From positions 192,001 through 256,000 of the forward strand of contig JAWLBL010000008.1 of assembly GCA_041687695.1 (NCBI GenBank): DNA of 64,000 nucleotides, written 5' to 3'. Made by a program: the position numbers and the translations under genes. The notes below the pieces were generated by a model. The model was not told the DNA's origin, did no database searches, and worked only from the letters and a program-made list of their open reading frames with translations. Within the stretch, counting starts at the first letter, position 1. Every line of letters starts with the position of its first letter. Shown one piece after another: positions 17,128 through 28,907 of the stretch. The DNA comes from Myxococcota bacterium. Lineage in GTDB: Bacteria; Myxococcota_A; UBA9042; PHBI01; JAWLBL01.

Positions 17128-17787
17128 GTGTTCGCGCCGCTCGCCGTGGCGCTGACGCTATCGCTCGGGGCCTGCCTCGAGGCCCCCCCCGCGTCGCCCG
17201 GCCCCGAGGCCACCGTCCAGGCCATCCACGCGGCCTGGGTGTCGGGCGACCTCGCGAGCATGCACCAGCACGTCGATTACCGACAGCGCCTGGCCGACGA
17301 GCTGGGGCCCATCTGGGACGAGGCGCCCGAGGCCGACCGCGCGGACGCCGTCGCGCGGATGCAGGCGCTGTTCGAGCTGTCGACCGAAAAGTACTGGAAC
17401 GATCGCGTCGCCGGCCGCGCGCAGAGGTTGACTGTACGGTACGAGGCGCCGGATATAGCCTGGGTCCGGGTCGAGGCGGTCCCCGTCGCAGGGGTGGCCG
17501 CGGCCGAGGACGCCGGGGCGCCACCGCGGTTCTCCTGGCAGTACCGCGTGCACGCTCGGGAGGGTCGATGGACGGTGACGCAACGGGAGCTCGCGCTCGG
17601 GTTCGCGCGAAGCGACACGAGCGACTTCTTCCGTCAGGTCGTCCGGAGGGTCGAGGCGGAGTTCGGCCGGCGCCCGACGCTGGCGGAGCTGAACGCGAAC
17701 TTGCCCTCGTGGGTGGGCCGGCTGAACCGGAAGGTCTACCGGGTGGAGGCGCTGCCCCCGGCGAAGCCGCGCCCTCGGTCACCCTAG
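17128..17787 (+). CDS. Lipoprotein, possibly MlaC/Ttg2D-like
   Basis: Lipobox LGAC; VDY...LGPIW...R and YRVHAREGRWTV patterns resemble MlaC; GTG start uncertain. Confidence 0.5.
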   Translation: MFAPLAVALTLSLGACLEAPPASPGPEATVQAIHAAWVSGDLASMHQHVDYRQRLADELGPIWDEAPEADRADAVARMQALFELSTEKYWNDRVAGRAQRLTVRYEAPDIAWVRVEAVPVAGVAAAEDAGAPPRFSWQYRVHAREGRWTVTQRELALGFARSDTSDFFRQVVRRVEAEFGRRPTLAELNANLPSWVGRLNRKVYRVEALPPAKPRPRSP

Positions 17788-17831
17788 CGGCGGCCGCGAG
17801 GTCGGGAGCCGTCCCCGACGCCTCCGCACCG

Positions 17832-19016
17832 GTGGCCGCTCCTGGCCGCGCTCCGCGGAGCGCGGGCAACGGCTGGTTCGGGCTACAGTCGCAGCTGCAG
17901 GTCGGCGTCCAGGACTCGCCCATCGCGCTCCTGGTGCGCAACGACCGCACCAACCGGCTGCTGGCCGGGCTGGCGCAGCAGCTGGACGCGCTGCAGCTGG
18001 CGTCGACCAAGGGCGACGAGCTGCCGGTCCTCGAGATGAGCGTGCGCGAGGTCGCCTACGCGCGCGCCCAGTGGCAGGCGGCCGTGCTCGCGGGTGAGCA
18101 CCGCCTGTACGACCTGGCGACGCTGCTGACCTGGAAGCTGGCGCGGACGCGGCGCATCCAGCTGGTCGCGCGCGTCCTCGTGGGCCCCAGCGAGGAGGCC
18201 GAGAAGGACGGCGCACGCATCGTCATCGAGGAGACCATCACCAGGCAGCGGCTCAAGCGGACCACCGACCACACGCTGGCCGCCCGCATCGCGCGCCGGT
18301 ACAAGTATCGGACCGCGGTCAACGAGCCGTTCGGCAAGCTCTACGCGCGCGCCAGCTACCTCGAGCTGCGTCCCCTCGAGACCAGCGAGGACATCGCGGC
18401 GACGCGTGTCCTGACGCGGGTCAAGGCCAACGATCAGATCTGGAACAAGGTCTGCGACGCGCTCTTCGACGTCGACGCCGTGGTGCAGCGCGACAAGATG
18501 CTCAACGCCGGCTCGAAGTACATCAAGGACGTCTTCGGCATCAAGATCCTGACGGCGCGGCGCGAGGACAGCTACCGGGTCGACGCGCTGATGAGCCAGA
18601 TGGCCTTCGAGCCCGAGCTGGTCGCCGAGCTGGCGCTGAGCGCGGGCGAGCGCATCGAGCATCTGCCGCCGCTCGAGCTGGTCGAGCGCAAGGACTACCT
18701 GTCGCTGCCGCCCGAGCAGAAAAAGCGCACGGGCTGGGAGGCCATCAAGAACGTCTACCGCTGGGGCGGGCAGCTGTTCGAGGTGCAGATCCAGACGGAG
18801 GCGAACTACTACGCCGAGGCGTGGGACCTGTCGAACACGTCGCACCGCACCTTCGAGATGCAGCGGCGCAACATGCGGCGGCAGCTCGAGGAGCGCGTGC
18901 CGCACTACCGCGAGTTCCGGCGCATCCTGAAGGCCATCTTCGGGCGCACCGCCAGCGGCAAGAGCGAGATCGCGACCGACTCGGGCCTGCCGAGCTGGCT
19001 GAAGCTGGTGCCGTGA
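17832..19016 (+). CDS. RelA/SpoT-type (small alarmone synthetase-like) nucleotidyltransferase, divergent
   Basis: TRVKANDQIWNK, KDVFGIKI, RKDYL, TGWEAIK, FEVQIQT in synthetase motif order; start uncertain. Confidence 0.7.
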   Translation: MAAPGRAPRSAGNGWFGLQSQLQVGVQDSPIALLVRNDRTNRLLAGLAQQLDALQLASTKGDELPVLEMSVREVAYARAQWQAAVLAGEHRLYDLATLLTWKLARTRRIQLVARVLVGPSEEAEKDGARIVIEETITRQRLKRTTDHTLAARIARRYKYRTAVNEPFGKLYARASYLELRPLETSEDIAATRVLTRVKANDQIWNKVCDALFDVDAVVQRDKMLNAGSKYIKDVFGIKILTARREDSYRVDALMSQMAFEPELVAELALSAGERIEHLPPLELVERKDYLSLPPEQKKRTGWEAIKNVYRWGGQLFEVQIQTEANYYAEAWDLSNTSHRTFEMQRRNMRRQLEERVPHYREFRRILKAIFGRTASGKSEIATDSGLPSWLKLVP

Positions 19017-19486
19017 ACGCGCGCTTCGTCGCGATCGCCGTCGTGGCCGTGGGGATGGCCGCATGGCTGGGCCTGCGGGGCTGCGAGAGCGAGGCCGAGG
19101 CGCGCGTCACGGCGACGCTCGAGGCGCTGGCGCTCGCGGCCGAGGCGGGTGACGGCGACGCCATCCACGACCACCTGGCGGCCGACTACCGGGACCGCCT
19201 GGGGCACGACGCCGAGGGGCTGACGCGGCGCATCCTGGCGGAGCGCGAGCTCTGGGACCGCTGGGACGTCCAGCTCGACGGCCTGCGCGTCGAGGTCGAC
19301 GAGGACGCCGGCTTCGCCAAGGCGAGCTTCCGGCCCGTCTTCGAGGGCGAGCCGGCCGAGGGCACGCGGCGCAAGCCCTACCGGTTCCGCGACGGGCAGC
19401 GCGTCACGGTCGAGCTGCGGCGGCACGGCGATCGGTGGCTGGTGCACCGCGCCGGCATGGGGCTGTCGCTGCGCGACGCGCTCTGA
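19013..19486 (+). CDS. Membrane-anchored or secreted NTF2/SnoaL-like protein
   Basis: GTGA overlap; hydrophobic N-terminus; AAEAGDGDAIHDHLAADYRD...LRRHGDRWLV is an NTF2-like pattern. Confidence 0.6.
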   Translation: MNARFVAIAVVAVGMAAWLGLRGCESEAEARVTATLEALALAAEAGDGDAIHDHLAADYRDRLGHDAEGLTRRILAERELWDRWDVQLDGLRVEVDEDAGFAKASFRPVFEGEPAEGTRRKPYRFRDGQRVTVELRRHGDRWLVHRAGMGLSLRDAL

Positions 19487-19507
19487 GCCCGCTCAGGGGC
19501 GTGGCGA

Positions 19508-21223
19508 TCAGGGGACGAGCGCCTGCTGGATCTCGAAGGCGAGCCCGGTCGGCGTCGGGGCGCCCGACACGGTCAGCTCACCGTACTGCGAGGCCACGGC
19601 CTCTCCGAAGGCGCGCAGGGCGGCGATGAGCTCGGCCACGGCCGGGTCGTCGCCCTCGCCGGCCATGAGGGCGATGCCGGCGATGGTCTCCTCGGTGTCG
19701 AGGCGCTCGAAGGCGGCGCGGTCGAGGCGCGCGAAGATCATCGGGGCGGTGGGGGCCGGCGGCGCCGTCAGGACGCGCGTCAGCGACTCGGGCGTGGCGC
19801 CCCCGAAGGCGGCGCCCAGGGCGGACTGGGTCAGCGCGACCCACAGGTCGCCCAGGTCGGGGACGCCGAAGTCGGCGAGCGGCAGCCGCACCGGACGGGC
19901 GTCGGGGCGCAGGCCGAGCTCGGCGACCGCGGGCAGGAGCGTCGCGGCGATGTCGACGAGCTGGGCGGCCTGAGGGCTGGCGACGACGACGGTGCCCTGG
20001 ACGACCTGGGGGACGCCGTCGTCCATGCGCAGGGTCGAGATGGCGAGATCGAAGCCGTGCAGGGCGGGGTAGGCGGCCAGGGTCTCGCGGAAGGCGACGG
20101 CGTTTTCGGCCAGCGGGTTGAGGGCCTGCAGGGACTCGCAGGTGTAGGGCTGGGTGCGCAGCTCGCCGAGGCGCTCGAGCAGGTCGAAGGCGAGCTTCTG
20201 GAGATCGATGGCGACGCCGAAGGTGGCGAAGCTGCCGCGGTGGAGGTCCGCGCCGAGCCCGGGGACGGTGGCGCGCGCGTTCGCCAGCATGGCGGCGACG
20301 TCCGAGGCGAGCTCGAGCTGCGCCACCCAGTGGCTGCGGCGGGCGTCGACGGCGCGGGCGCCGAAGGCGAGGCGGGGCGCGGCCTCGACGAGGCGGCGCA
20401 CCTCGGGGAGGCAGCCGGGAGGCAGCTCGGGGGCGCCGAGGGCGGCCGCCACACGCCCGTTGAGGCCGGTGGCCGCGGGCGTGAGGGCCTCGAGCAGGCG
20501 CAGGTGATCGAGGTAACCCAGGCCCCAGGCGCGCACGTCGTAGGCGCGGGCGAGGCGCTCGAGGGCGCCGGTGGTCGCGAGGCTGGGGCCGCCCAGGCGG
20601 CCGAGCAGGACGGCGTCCAGGACCAGGTCACGCGTGCCGGGCGTGAAGAGGGCGGTCGCGAGCTCGTCGCCCTGGACGGCCACGACCAGCTGCAGCTCGC
20701 CGCCGAGGAGGTCGACGACCTGGGCGCGGACGCCGTGGTGGTCGAGCGTCTGCGGGGTCAGGCGCAGGTGGGCGAAGACCCGGTCGAGGGTCGCCCGGAA
20801 GCGCTCGCCGCTCGCGAGGCGGCCGCGGATGGCCGGCATCAGCCCGACCCCGTAGATCAGCATGGGCGCTTCGAGATCGATGCCGAGCTGCGTCAGGCCC
20901 TGCGGGCTCATGCGGCCGCGCAGCTCGCCCAGCAGCCCGAGCACGGCCTGGAGTTCGAACCCCAGCGCCTCGGGGCCGAGCTGGCCGGCCACGGCGTCGA
21001 CCGCGTTCAGCAGGCGCTCGGTCGCGGGGGCGATGCGCGTCAGCTCGCGCGACCAGGTGCCCTCGGGGGCGCGCTCGACGGCGCCGAAGACGTACGGCGA
21101 GTCGGCGGGGACCCACGCGGCCAGCGGATCGCCGGCGCGCGGCAGGTCGTCGGGGCGGGGCTTGGCGCCGCCGCAGCCGACCAGGAGGCTGACGAGCGCC
21201 ACAGCGCACAGCTTGGAGGACAT
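19508..21223 (-). CDS. Hypothetical lipoprotein (571 aa)
   Basis: MSSKLCAVALVSLLVGC lipobox; GAGG RBS; typical codon bias. Confidence 0.75.
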   Translation of the reverse strand: MSSKLCAVALVSLLVGCGGAKPRPDDLPRAGDPLAAWVPADSPYVFGAVERAPEGTWSRELTRIAPATERLLNAVDAVAGQLGPEALGFELQAVLGLLGELRGRMSPQGLTQLGIDLEAPMLIYGVGLMPAIRGRLASGERFRATLDRVFAHLRLTPQTLDHHGVRAQVVDLLGGELQLVVAVQGDELATALFTPGTRDLVLDAVLLGRLGGPSLATTGALERLARAYDVRAWGLGYLDHLRLLEALTPAATGLNGRVAAALGAPELPPGCLPEVRRLVEAAPRLAFGARAVDARRSHWVAQLELASDVAAMLANARATVPGLGADLHRGSFATFGVAIDLQKLAFDLLERLGELRTQPYTCESLQALNPLAENAVAFRETLAAYPALHGFDLAISTLRMDDGVPQVVQGTVVVASPQAAQLVDIAATLLPAVAELGLRPDARPVRLPLADFGVPDLGDLWVALTQSALGAAFGGATPESLTRVLTAPPAPTAPMIFARLDRAAFERLDTEETIAGIALMAGEGDDPAVAELIAALRAFGEAVASQYGELTVSGAPTPTGLAFEIQQALVP

Positions 21224-21298
21224 CGGCGCACCTCGAGCTTCTTTGGGTGAGGGTGGGAGCCCGCTGCATACCCGACCCGGCCGGCGAGGGCCAATGAT

Positions 21299-23185
21299 TC
21301 AGCCGGCGCGTTTCTTGAGATGGATGAGCAGCGCGCTGACGGCGGCCGGCGGCACGCCCATCATGCGGCTGACCTGGCCGATGTTGCGCGGGCGCGCGCG
21401 GAGCAGGCGCTCTTTGACCTCGGTGGTGATGCCCGCGACGGCCGCGTAGTCGAGGTCCCCCGGGAGGGCGACGTCCTCGAGCTTGCGGAAGCGCTCGACC
21501 TGCCTGTCCTGCCGCGCGATGTAGCCGGCGTACTTCACCCGGACCTCGATCTTCTCGGTCACCTCGGGCGGCAGCGCCGCGACCCACTCGGCGCCCAGGG
21601 CGGGCAGGTGCGCGGCCTCGACCTCGGGGCGGCGCAGCACCTCCTCAAGCGTGGCCGGCTTCACCAGCGGCGCCGACCCCAGCGCCGCCAGGCGATCGTT
21701 GGTCGCGTCGCAGGGGGTGATCTGGGTCGCCCGGAGCCGCTCGAGCCCGGCCTCGACCGTCGCTAGGCGCGCCTCGAAGGCCGCCCAGGTCGCGTCGTCG
21801 ACCAGCCCCAGCGCCCGCCCGCGCGGCATCAGCCGCTCGTCGGCGTTGTCCTCGCGCAACATCAGCCGGTACTCGGCCCGCGACGTGAACATCCGATACG
21901 GCTCGTCCACCCCGCGCGTCACCAGGTCGTCGACCAGCACGCCCGCGTACCCCTCGGCGCGGTCGACCACAAAGGGCGCCTCGCCGCGCACCCGCAGCGC
22001 GGCGTTGACCCCGGCGAGCAGCCCCTGGATGGCGGCCTCCTCGTAGCCGGTCGTGCCGTTGATCTGGCCGGCCAGATACAGGCCGTCGACCCGGCGCACG
22101 GCCAGCGCGTGGTCCAGCTCGGTCGGCGGCACGAAGTCGTACTCGACGGCGTAGCCGGGGCGGCTGATCTCGGCGCGCTCGAGCCCCGGGATGGACCGCA
22201 CCATCGCGATCTGAACGTCGATGGGAAGGCTGGTCGAGATGCCGTTGGGGTAGATCTCGCGCGTCGTGAGCCCCTCGGGCTCGAGGAAGATCTGGTGGCG
22301 CTCCTTGTCGGCGAAGCGGACGATCTTGTCCTCGATGGACGGGCAGTAGCGCGGCCCCGTGCCGACGATGTCGCCCGAGTACATCGGCGAGCGGTGCAGG
22401 CTCTGCCGGATGAGGTCGTGGGTGCGCGGCGTCGTCCAGGTGATGTGGCACGGGACCTGCGGCATCACCACGCGGCTGCCGTACATCGCGAAGGGGCGCG
22501 GCGGGTCGTCGCCCGGCTGCACCTCGAGCCCCTCCCAGTCGATGGTGCGCGCGTCCAGGCGCGGCACGGTGCCCGTCTTCAGCCGCCCGAGCGGCAGCCC
22601 CAGCCGCTCGAGCGTCGCGCTGAGCCCATAGGCGGCCCGGTCGCCGGCGCGCCCGGCCTTGACCTTGGTCTCGCCGTAGTGGCACAGGCCGCGCATGAAC
22701 GTCCCGCTGGTCACCACCACCGCGCCCGCCAGGTAGCGCACCCCCAGGTCGGTGTCGACCCCGCGCACGACCGGCCGGCCGTCGACCTCCTCCCAGGCCA
22801 GATCCAGCACGTCGGCCTGCTTGACCACCACCCCGGGCTGGCTCTCGACCACCAGCCGCATCTCGGCCGCGTACGCCACCTTGTCGGCCTGCGCCCGGCT
22901 GGCCCGCACGGCCGGCCCCTTGCTGGTGTTCAGCCGCCGGAACTGGATGCCCGTCCGGTCGGTCACCCGCGCCATGGCGCCGCCCAGGGCGTCCACCTCC
23001 TTGACCAGGTGCCCCTTGCCGAGCCCCCCGATGGCCGGGTTGCAGCTCATCCAGCCGACGCGGTCGATGTTCTGCGTCACCAGCAGCACCGACGCGCCCA
23101 TGCGCGCGGCCGCCAGCGCCGCCTCACACCCCGCGTGGCCCGCCCCGATGACGGCCACGTCGAACGCGCGGTCGTAGACCAGCAC
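21299..23185 (-). CDS. mnmG: tRNA uridine-5-carboxymethylaminomethyl modification enzyme MnmG/GidA
   Basis: [63 protein letters not shown]. Confidence 0.98.
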   Translation of the reverse strand: MLVYDRAFDVAVIGAGHAGCEAALAAARMGASVLLVTQNIDRVGWMSCNPAIGGLGKGHLVKEVDALGGAMARVTDRTGIQFRRLNTSKGPAVRASRAQADKVAYAAEMRLVVESQPGVVVKQADVLDLAWEEVDGRPVVRGVDTDLGVRYLAGAVVVTSGTFMRGLCHYGETKVKAGRAGDRAAYGLSATLERLGLPLGRLKTGTVPRLDARTIDWEGLEVQPGDDPPRPFAMYGSRVVMPQVPCHITWTTPRTHDLIRQSLHRSPMYSGDIVGTGPRYCPSIEDKIVRFADKERHQIFLEPEGLTTREIYPNGISTSLPIDVQIAMVRSIPGLERAEISRPGYAVEYDFVPPTELDHALAVRRVDGLYLAGQINGTTGYEEAAIQGLLAGVNAALRVRGEAPFVVDRAEGYAGVLVDDLVTRGVDEPYRMFTSRAEYRLMLREDNADERLMPRGRALGLVDDATWAAFEARLATVEAGLERLRATQITPCDATNDRLAALGSAPLVKPATLEEVLRRPEVEAAHLPALGAEWVAALPPEVTEKIEVRVKYAGYIARQDRQVERFRKLEDVALPGDLDYAAVAGITTEVKERLLRARPRNIGQVSRMMGVPPAAVSALLIHLKKRAG

Positions 23186-23188
23186 GCG

Positions 23189-23980
23189 CTACCTCTCCTT
23201 GCAGTCTTTCCCGAGCGTCTCGAGGCGCTTGGCCGCCTGGGCCGCCTCGGGCGCGCTCTTGTACTGCTTGCGCAGGTAGTCGTAGATGTCCTTGGCCCGC
23301 TTGCACGCGCCCTGGACCGTCATCAGCTCGCCGATGCGCAGCACGGCCTTGGGCGCCTGATCCCCTTGCGGGTAGCGGCCCTCGACCGCCCCGTAGGTCT
23401 TGATGGCCGCCGTCAGATCGTTCTCCTGCTCCTGGACGCCGCCGATCGCCATCAGGGCGTCGTCGGCCCGCGGGTCGCTCGGGAAGCTGGCCTCGAAGGT
23501 CTGGTAGATGGCCTTGGCCTCGAGCAGTTGCCCGGCCTTGCGGCGGTCCTCGGCGGCCTTCCACATCCCGTCGGCGTCCTTGGGGAGATCCGCCGGCAGG
23601 AACAGCCGCGTCGAGCCGAGCTTGTCGGCCAGCTCGCGCTTGATGACCTCGACGTCGCGCAGCGCCCGCTCGAGCCGCACCTGCAGCGCCTCGAGGTCGC
23701 CCTTGAGCTTGGGCATGTCGGCCTCGAGCCGCTCGACCCGGATGCCCAGGTTCGCGCCCTGGTTCCGCAGCGTCTCCTCGGCCTGCGTCAGCAGCGCGTG
23801 GAGGTTCTCCATGCGCTTGACGTCCTGCTCCATGGTCGCCTTGACGCGCTCGCGCTCGAGCTCGAGCTCCTTGACGCGCGCCGTGAGCTTCTCGTGCTCG
23901 CCCAGCGTGGCGCACCCCGGCGTCGCCACGGCCAGCGCGGCGAGGACCAGACCAACGAAAACGCCCGAGCGGTTCGACAC
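23189..23980 (-). CDS. cpoB: Tol-Pal system TPR protein CpoB/YbgF-like
   Basis: Lipobox-like TPGC, coiled coil, TPRs (FPSDPRADDALMAIG, YPQGDQAPKAVLRIG); directly downstream of the Pal-like gene. Confidence 0.75.
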   Translation of the reverse strand: MSNRSGVFVGLVLAALAVATPGCATLGEHEKLTARVKELELERERVKATMEQDVKRMENLHALLTQAEETLRNQGANLGIRVERLEADMPKLKGDLEALQVRLERALRDVEVIKRELADKLGSTRLFLPADLPKDADGMWKAAEDRRKAGQLLEAKAIYQTFEASFPSDPRADDALMAIGGVQEQENDLTAAIKTYGAVEGRYPQGDQAPKAVLRIGELMTVQGACKRAKDIYDYLRKQYKSAPEAAQAAKRLETLGKDCKER

Positions 23981-24023
23981 GCTCGGGCGTTTAGCTTGGC
24001 GGAGGGGGCCCGTCAAGGGAGGG

Positions 24024-24797
24024 CTACCGGCGCTCGGTCTCGACGCGGCGGTTCTGCTGCCAGCACTCCTCGTTGCTCTGGTTGCAGACGGGCCGCTCCT
24101 CACCGTAGCTGATGGTGCTGATGAGGTCGTCCGTCACGCCGAGCTGGCGGTACTGGCGGGCGACGGCGTTGGCGCGGCGCTGGCCCAGGGCCAGGTTGTA
24201 CTCGTCCGAGCCGCGCTCGTCGGCGTGCCCCGACACCTGGTGCGCGGCGGCGCGCTCGCGGATGCAGGTCGCGTTGTCGCGCACCTTCTGCTCCTCGCTC
24301 AGGCGGATGGTGTACTCGTTGAAGTCGAAGTAGACCGCCTCGGTGTCGCAGGCCGCCACGCACTCGTTGTTCACGCAGCGCTGGCCCGCCGGGCACTGGG
24401 CGTCACCGGTGCAGGCCACGTCGGGCACGCACGAGCCGCCCGCGCAGCGCTGGCCGGCCGGGCAGTGCTCGTTGGTGCGGCACAGGCCGCCGCAGGTGCC
24501 GGTGACCGCGTCCGGGGTGTCCTTCCAGCAGCGGCCGCCGGGGCAGTCCAGGTCGCTCTTGCAGCAGCCGGCGCGGCGGACGCAGGCGTTGTTCGCGCCG
24601 CACTCCTGGCACGGGTCGATCTGCGCGCACTGCGCGTCGTCGCGGCACTGGCGGCAGAAGCCGTTGACGCAGACCTCGTTCTGCTTGGCGCAGTGCTTGT
24701 CGGCCTCGCACTTCGGGTACTCGGGGCCGCACGCGGTCATCAGCGCCAACAGGGCGGCGGCGAACAGGAACGGCACGAGGCGAATCGACCGGGTCAT
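24024..24797 (-). CDS. pal: Pal/OmpA-domain lipoprotein with Cys-rich N-terminal repeats
   Basis: Lipobox MTAC; VYFDFNEY, GHADERGSDEYNLALGQRRA, SYGEERP, NRR; GGAGAGG RBS. Confidence 0.85.
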   Translation of the reverse strand: MTRSIRLVPFLFAAALLALMTACGPEYPKCEADKHCAKQNEVCVNGFCRQCRDDAQCAQIDPCQECGANNACVRRAGCCKSDLDCPGGRCWKDTPDAVTGTCGGLCRTNEHCPAGQRCAGGSCVPDVACTGDAQCPAGQRCVNNECVAACDTEAVYFDFNEYTIRLSEEQKVRDNATCIRERAAAHQVSGHADERGSDEYNLALGQRRANAVARQYRQLGVTDDLISTISYGEERPVCNQSNEECWQQNRRVETERR

Positions 24798-25220
24798 GGC
24801 GGGGTCCTCTCCAAGGCGAAGCGAGGTCAAGGGCGCGTGCGGCGACGCCCGTCTGGGCGACAGCAGGATGCGATGGCAATGGAACGGGAAATGATGGTGT
24901 CGGGTCGACGTGGCCTGTCCCGCGCGTGCGGGGCCACGTCGAGCGCGAACATGGAGTCAAGCCCGTCGACTGTCAAGACAAAGCAGTCCATGCGAAAGCG
25001 CCTGTCATGGCGCGCCGCAGGGGGCCCGCCGGTGTGCGCCTCCGACTTGGTCGACGCGGCGCCCACCCGGGCTCCGCCGACGGCCCGATGCGCGTCCCTC
25101 GCCCGGTCGCCGCGCCCGCTCCCGCCGCGGGTTCGGCTCGCGCGGCCCGCGTAACCCTTGCGCGGCTGGCCGGCGTCTGTTTCATTGTCGCGGCTTTCGC
25201 CCCCGCGGCGCGTGAGGAGC

Positions 25221-26777
25221 ATGAGCCTGGAGAGCCCCCCCTACGTCGAACCGGCGCCGACCGCGCCCCCGCCGAGCCCGCCGGGCGACCGCGCCTTCTG
25301 GCGCCTCGACCGGGAGCTGACGGGGCGGCTGCTCCGGCTCGCGTACCCGGTCGTGCTCGCGATGCTCACGCAGACGGCCATCAACCTGCTCGACACGATC
25401 ATGGTCGGGCGGCTGCCCAAGCAGTACAGCATCGCCGGGCAGTCGGCCATCGGCTACTCCCTCATCATGATGTGGGCGGTCGGCGGCTTCCTGTCCGCCA
25501 TGCAGGTCGGCACGCAGGCCATCGTCGCCCGCCGCTTCGGCGAGGCCTCCTGGCTCGGCTCGGGCCGCGCGCTCGCGAACTCGCTGGTGCTGACGGTGAC
25601 CAGCGGCCTCATCGCGGCCATCTGCGGCTACCTGTTCGTCGCCGACGTCTTCCCCTTCTTCAACTCGGACCCCGACGTCCTGCGGGTCGGCATCCCCTAC
25701 GCCGAGTGGCGCATGCTCGGCGTCTTCTCCATGGTCGCCACCGTCTCGTACAAGGCGTTCTTCGACGGCGTCGGCTTCACCAAGGCCCACATGATGGCCG
25801 CCATCGTGATGAACGTGGCGAACGTCATCCTCAACTACGTCCTCATCTTCGGCGCCGGCCCCATCGAGCCCATGTACGTCGAGGGCGCCGGCATCGCCTC
25901 GGCCATCGCCAGCATGCTCGGCTTCGTCGTCATGTTCGGCTTCTCCCTGTGGCCCAAGTTCATCAAGCGCTACCGCTACTACCGCCTGGGCAACGTCAGC
26001 CGCGAGCTCATCTGGGAGATCGTCCGCCTGTCCGTCCCGAGCGGCCTCGCGACCGTCTTCGTCATGAGCGGCTTCGGCCTGTTCCTCAAGATCGTCGGCA
26101 TGCTCGACCAGCAGGCCGTGGTCAAGAGCGTCGAAGCGGCCGGCTTCTGGGCGGCCGAGGCCGTCCCGTGGCTGACCGCCGCCGAGGGCGTCCCCGCCGT
26201 GGGCGATCTCGGCCTGCACGCCATCCAGGCGCGCCCTCCCATCTACGTCGCCGCGACCAAGGTCATCATCGACATCCTGTCCATCACCTTCATGACCTCC
26301 ATCGCCTTCGGCACCGCTACGGCCACGCTCGTCGGGCAATCCCTGGGCGCCGGCCGCCCCGACCTCGCCGAGCGCTACGGCTGGGAGTCGGTCCGCATCG
26401 GCGGCTACGTCATGGGCGTCGTCGGCCTGGCCGCCATCCTCTTCCCGGACGCGCTCTTCAGCCTCTTCTCGAAGGATCTCGAGGTCATCGAGGCCGGGCG
26501 CGGCGCCCTGCGGATGCTGGGAGGCTGCGAGGCCCTGCTGGCCATCGCGCTCATCCTGGCGCAGGCCCTGTACGGCGCGGGCAACACCAAGTACGTGATG
26601 AAGGTCGAGCTCGTCCTGCACATGACGTGCCTCGTCCCGCTCGCCTACCTGTTGGGCATCGTCTGGGACTTCGGCCTCATCGGGATCTGGCTGGCGGCCT
26701 TCATCTACGCCGTCCTGATGTGCTGGGCCATGGTCTGGAAGTTCAAGAGCGGCGACTGGAAGCACATCGAGCTCTGA
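25221..26777 (+). CDS. MATE family efflux transporter
   Basis: LAYPVVLAML...DTIMVGRL, NVILNYVLIFG, GAGIAS, ATLVGQSLGAG, GAGNTK; GAGGAG RBS. Confidence 0.93.
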   Translation: MSLESPPYVEPAPTAPPPSPPGDRAFWRLDRELTGRLLRLAYPVVLAMLTQTAINLLDTIMVGRLPKQYSIAGQSAIGYSLIMMWAVGGFLSAMQVGTQAIVARRFGEASWLGSGRALANSLVLTVTSGLIAAICGYLFVADVFPFFNSDPDVLRVGIPYAEWRMLGVFSMVATVSYKAFFDGVGFTKAHMMAAIVMNVANVILNYVLIFGAGPIEPMYVEGAGIASAIASMLGFVVMFGFSLWPKFIKRYRYYRLGNVSRELIWEIVRLSVPSGLATVFVMSGFGLFLKIVGMLDQQAVVKSVEAAGFWAAEAVPWLTAAEGVPAVGDLGLHAIQARPPIYVAATKVIIDILSITFMTSIAFGTATATLVGQSLGAGRPDLAERYGWESVRIGGYVMGVVGLAAILFPDALFSLFSKDLEVIEAGRGALRMLGGCEALLAIALILAQALYGAGNTKYVMKVELVLHMTCLVPLAYLLGIVWDFGLIGIWLAAFIYAVLMCWAMVWKFKSGDWKHIEL

Positions 26778-26807
26778 GGCGTTCGGACGCCTGCCGGGGG
26801 GAGCGCC

Positions 26808-28163
<1,356 letters not shown>

Positions 28164-28179
28164 CGGCCAGGGGGACGGC

Positions 28180-28776
28180 ATGCGCAGGGCGACGGTGGTG
28201 GCGTGGGCGGCGGCGGCGCTGCTGGGGTGTGACGCGGGCGGCGGCGAGGCGACGCCCACGGCGCCGGACGCGAGCGGGTCGGCCAAGGGCTCGCCCGCGA
28301 CGGCCTGGCCGGTGACCGACGCTACGGTCAAGACGCCGGCCTACGGGGTCAGCTGCCGGCTGGCGGTCGACGACGTCGTGACGGTGGCGTCCAACGGCGC
28401 GGCCGACGACGCGCTGACGCTCTCGGCGCCGGCTTCGGGGCCGGCGACCCTGTCGCTGACGGTGACCGGCGCGGGCGGGACCTTCGAGGCGCAGGTGACG
28501 GCGGCGCGGGCGCTGCTCGGCAAGAGCTACCGCGAGGCGACCGGGACGGCGTCCCTGGGCGGACAGTCCTGGACCGTGGTCGACGGGACGCTCTGCTTCG
28601 CCGAGAAGCTGGCCACCGGGCAGGCCGTCGAGGGCGAGCTGTCGCTGATTCTGGCGCGGCCGGAGGGCGGGCACCAGTCGGTCGCCGGGACCTTCACCTT
28701 GCCGGGGGCGGCCGTCGACGCCGGCTCGGACCCGACGACGGTCGCGGCGACCGCGCTGGACGTCGATCTGCGCTGA
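28180..28776 (+). CDS. Hypothetical lipoprotein (beta-rich)
   Basis: Signal ending LLGC; Thr/Ala-rich beta-strand pattern. Confidence 0.7.
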   Translation: MRRATVVAWAAAALLGCDAGGGEATPTAPDASGSAKGSPATAWPVTDATVKTPAYGVSCRLAVDDVVTVASNGAADDALTLSAPASGPATLSLTVTGAGGTFEAQVTAARALLGKSYREATGTASLGGQSWTVVDGTLCFAEKLATGQAVEGELSLILARPEGGHQSVAGTFTLPGAAVDAGSDPTTVAATALDVDLR

Positions 28777-28907
28777 CCGGGGCGCGGCTTTCGGCGGGCG
28801 GACGCGGGGAGCGCGCCGCCTTGACGTCGCGAAACCCCGCGTGATACCCGTGGAAACCTCGGCCGGCCGGGCCTGCCTGGCGTCCTCGACGAGCGGAGCG
28901 GAACGTC

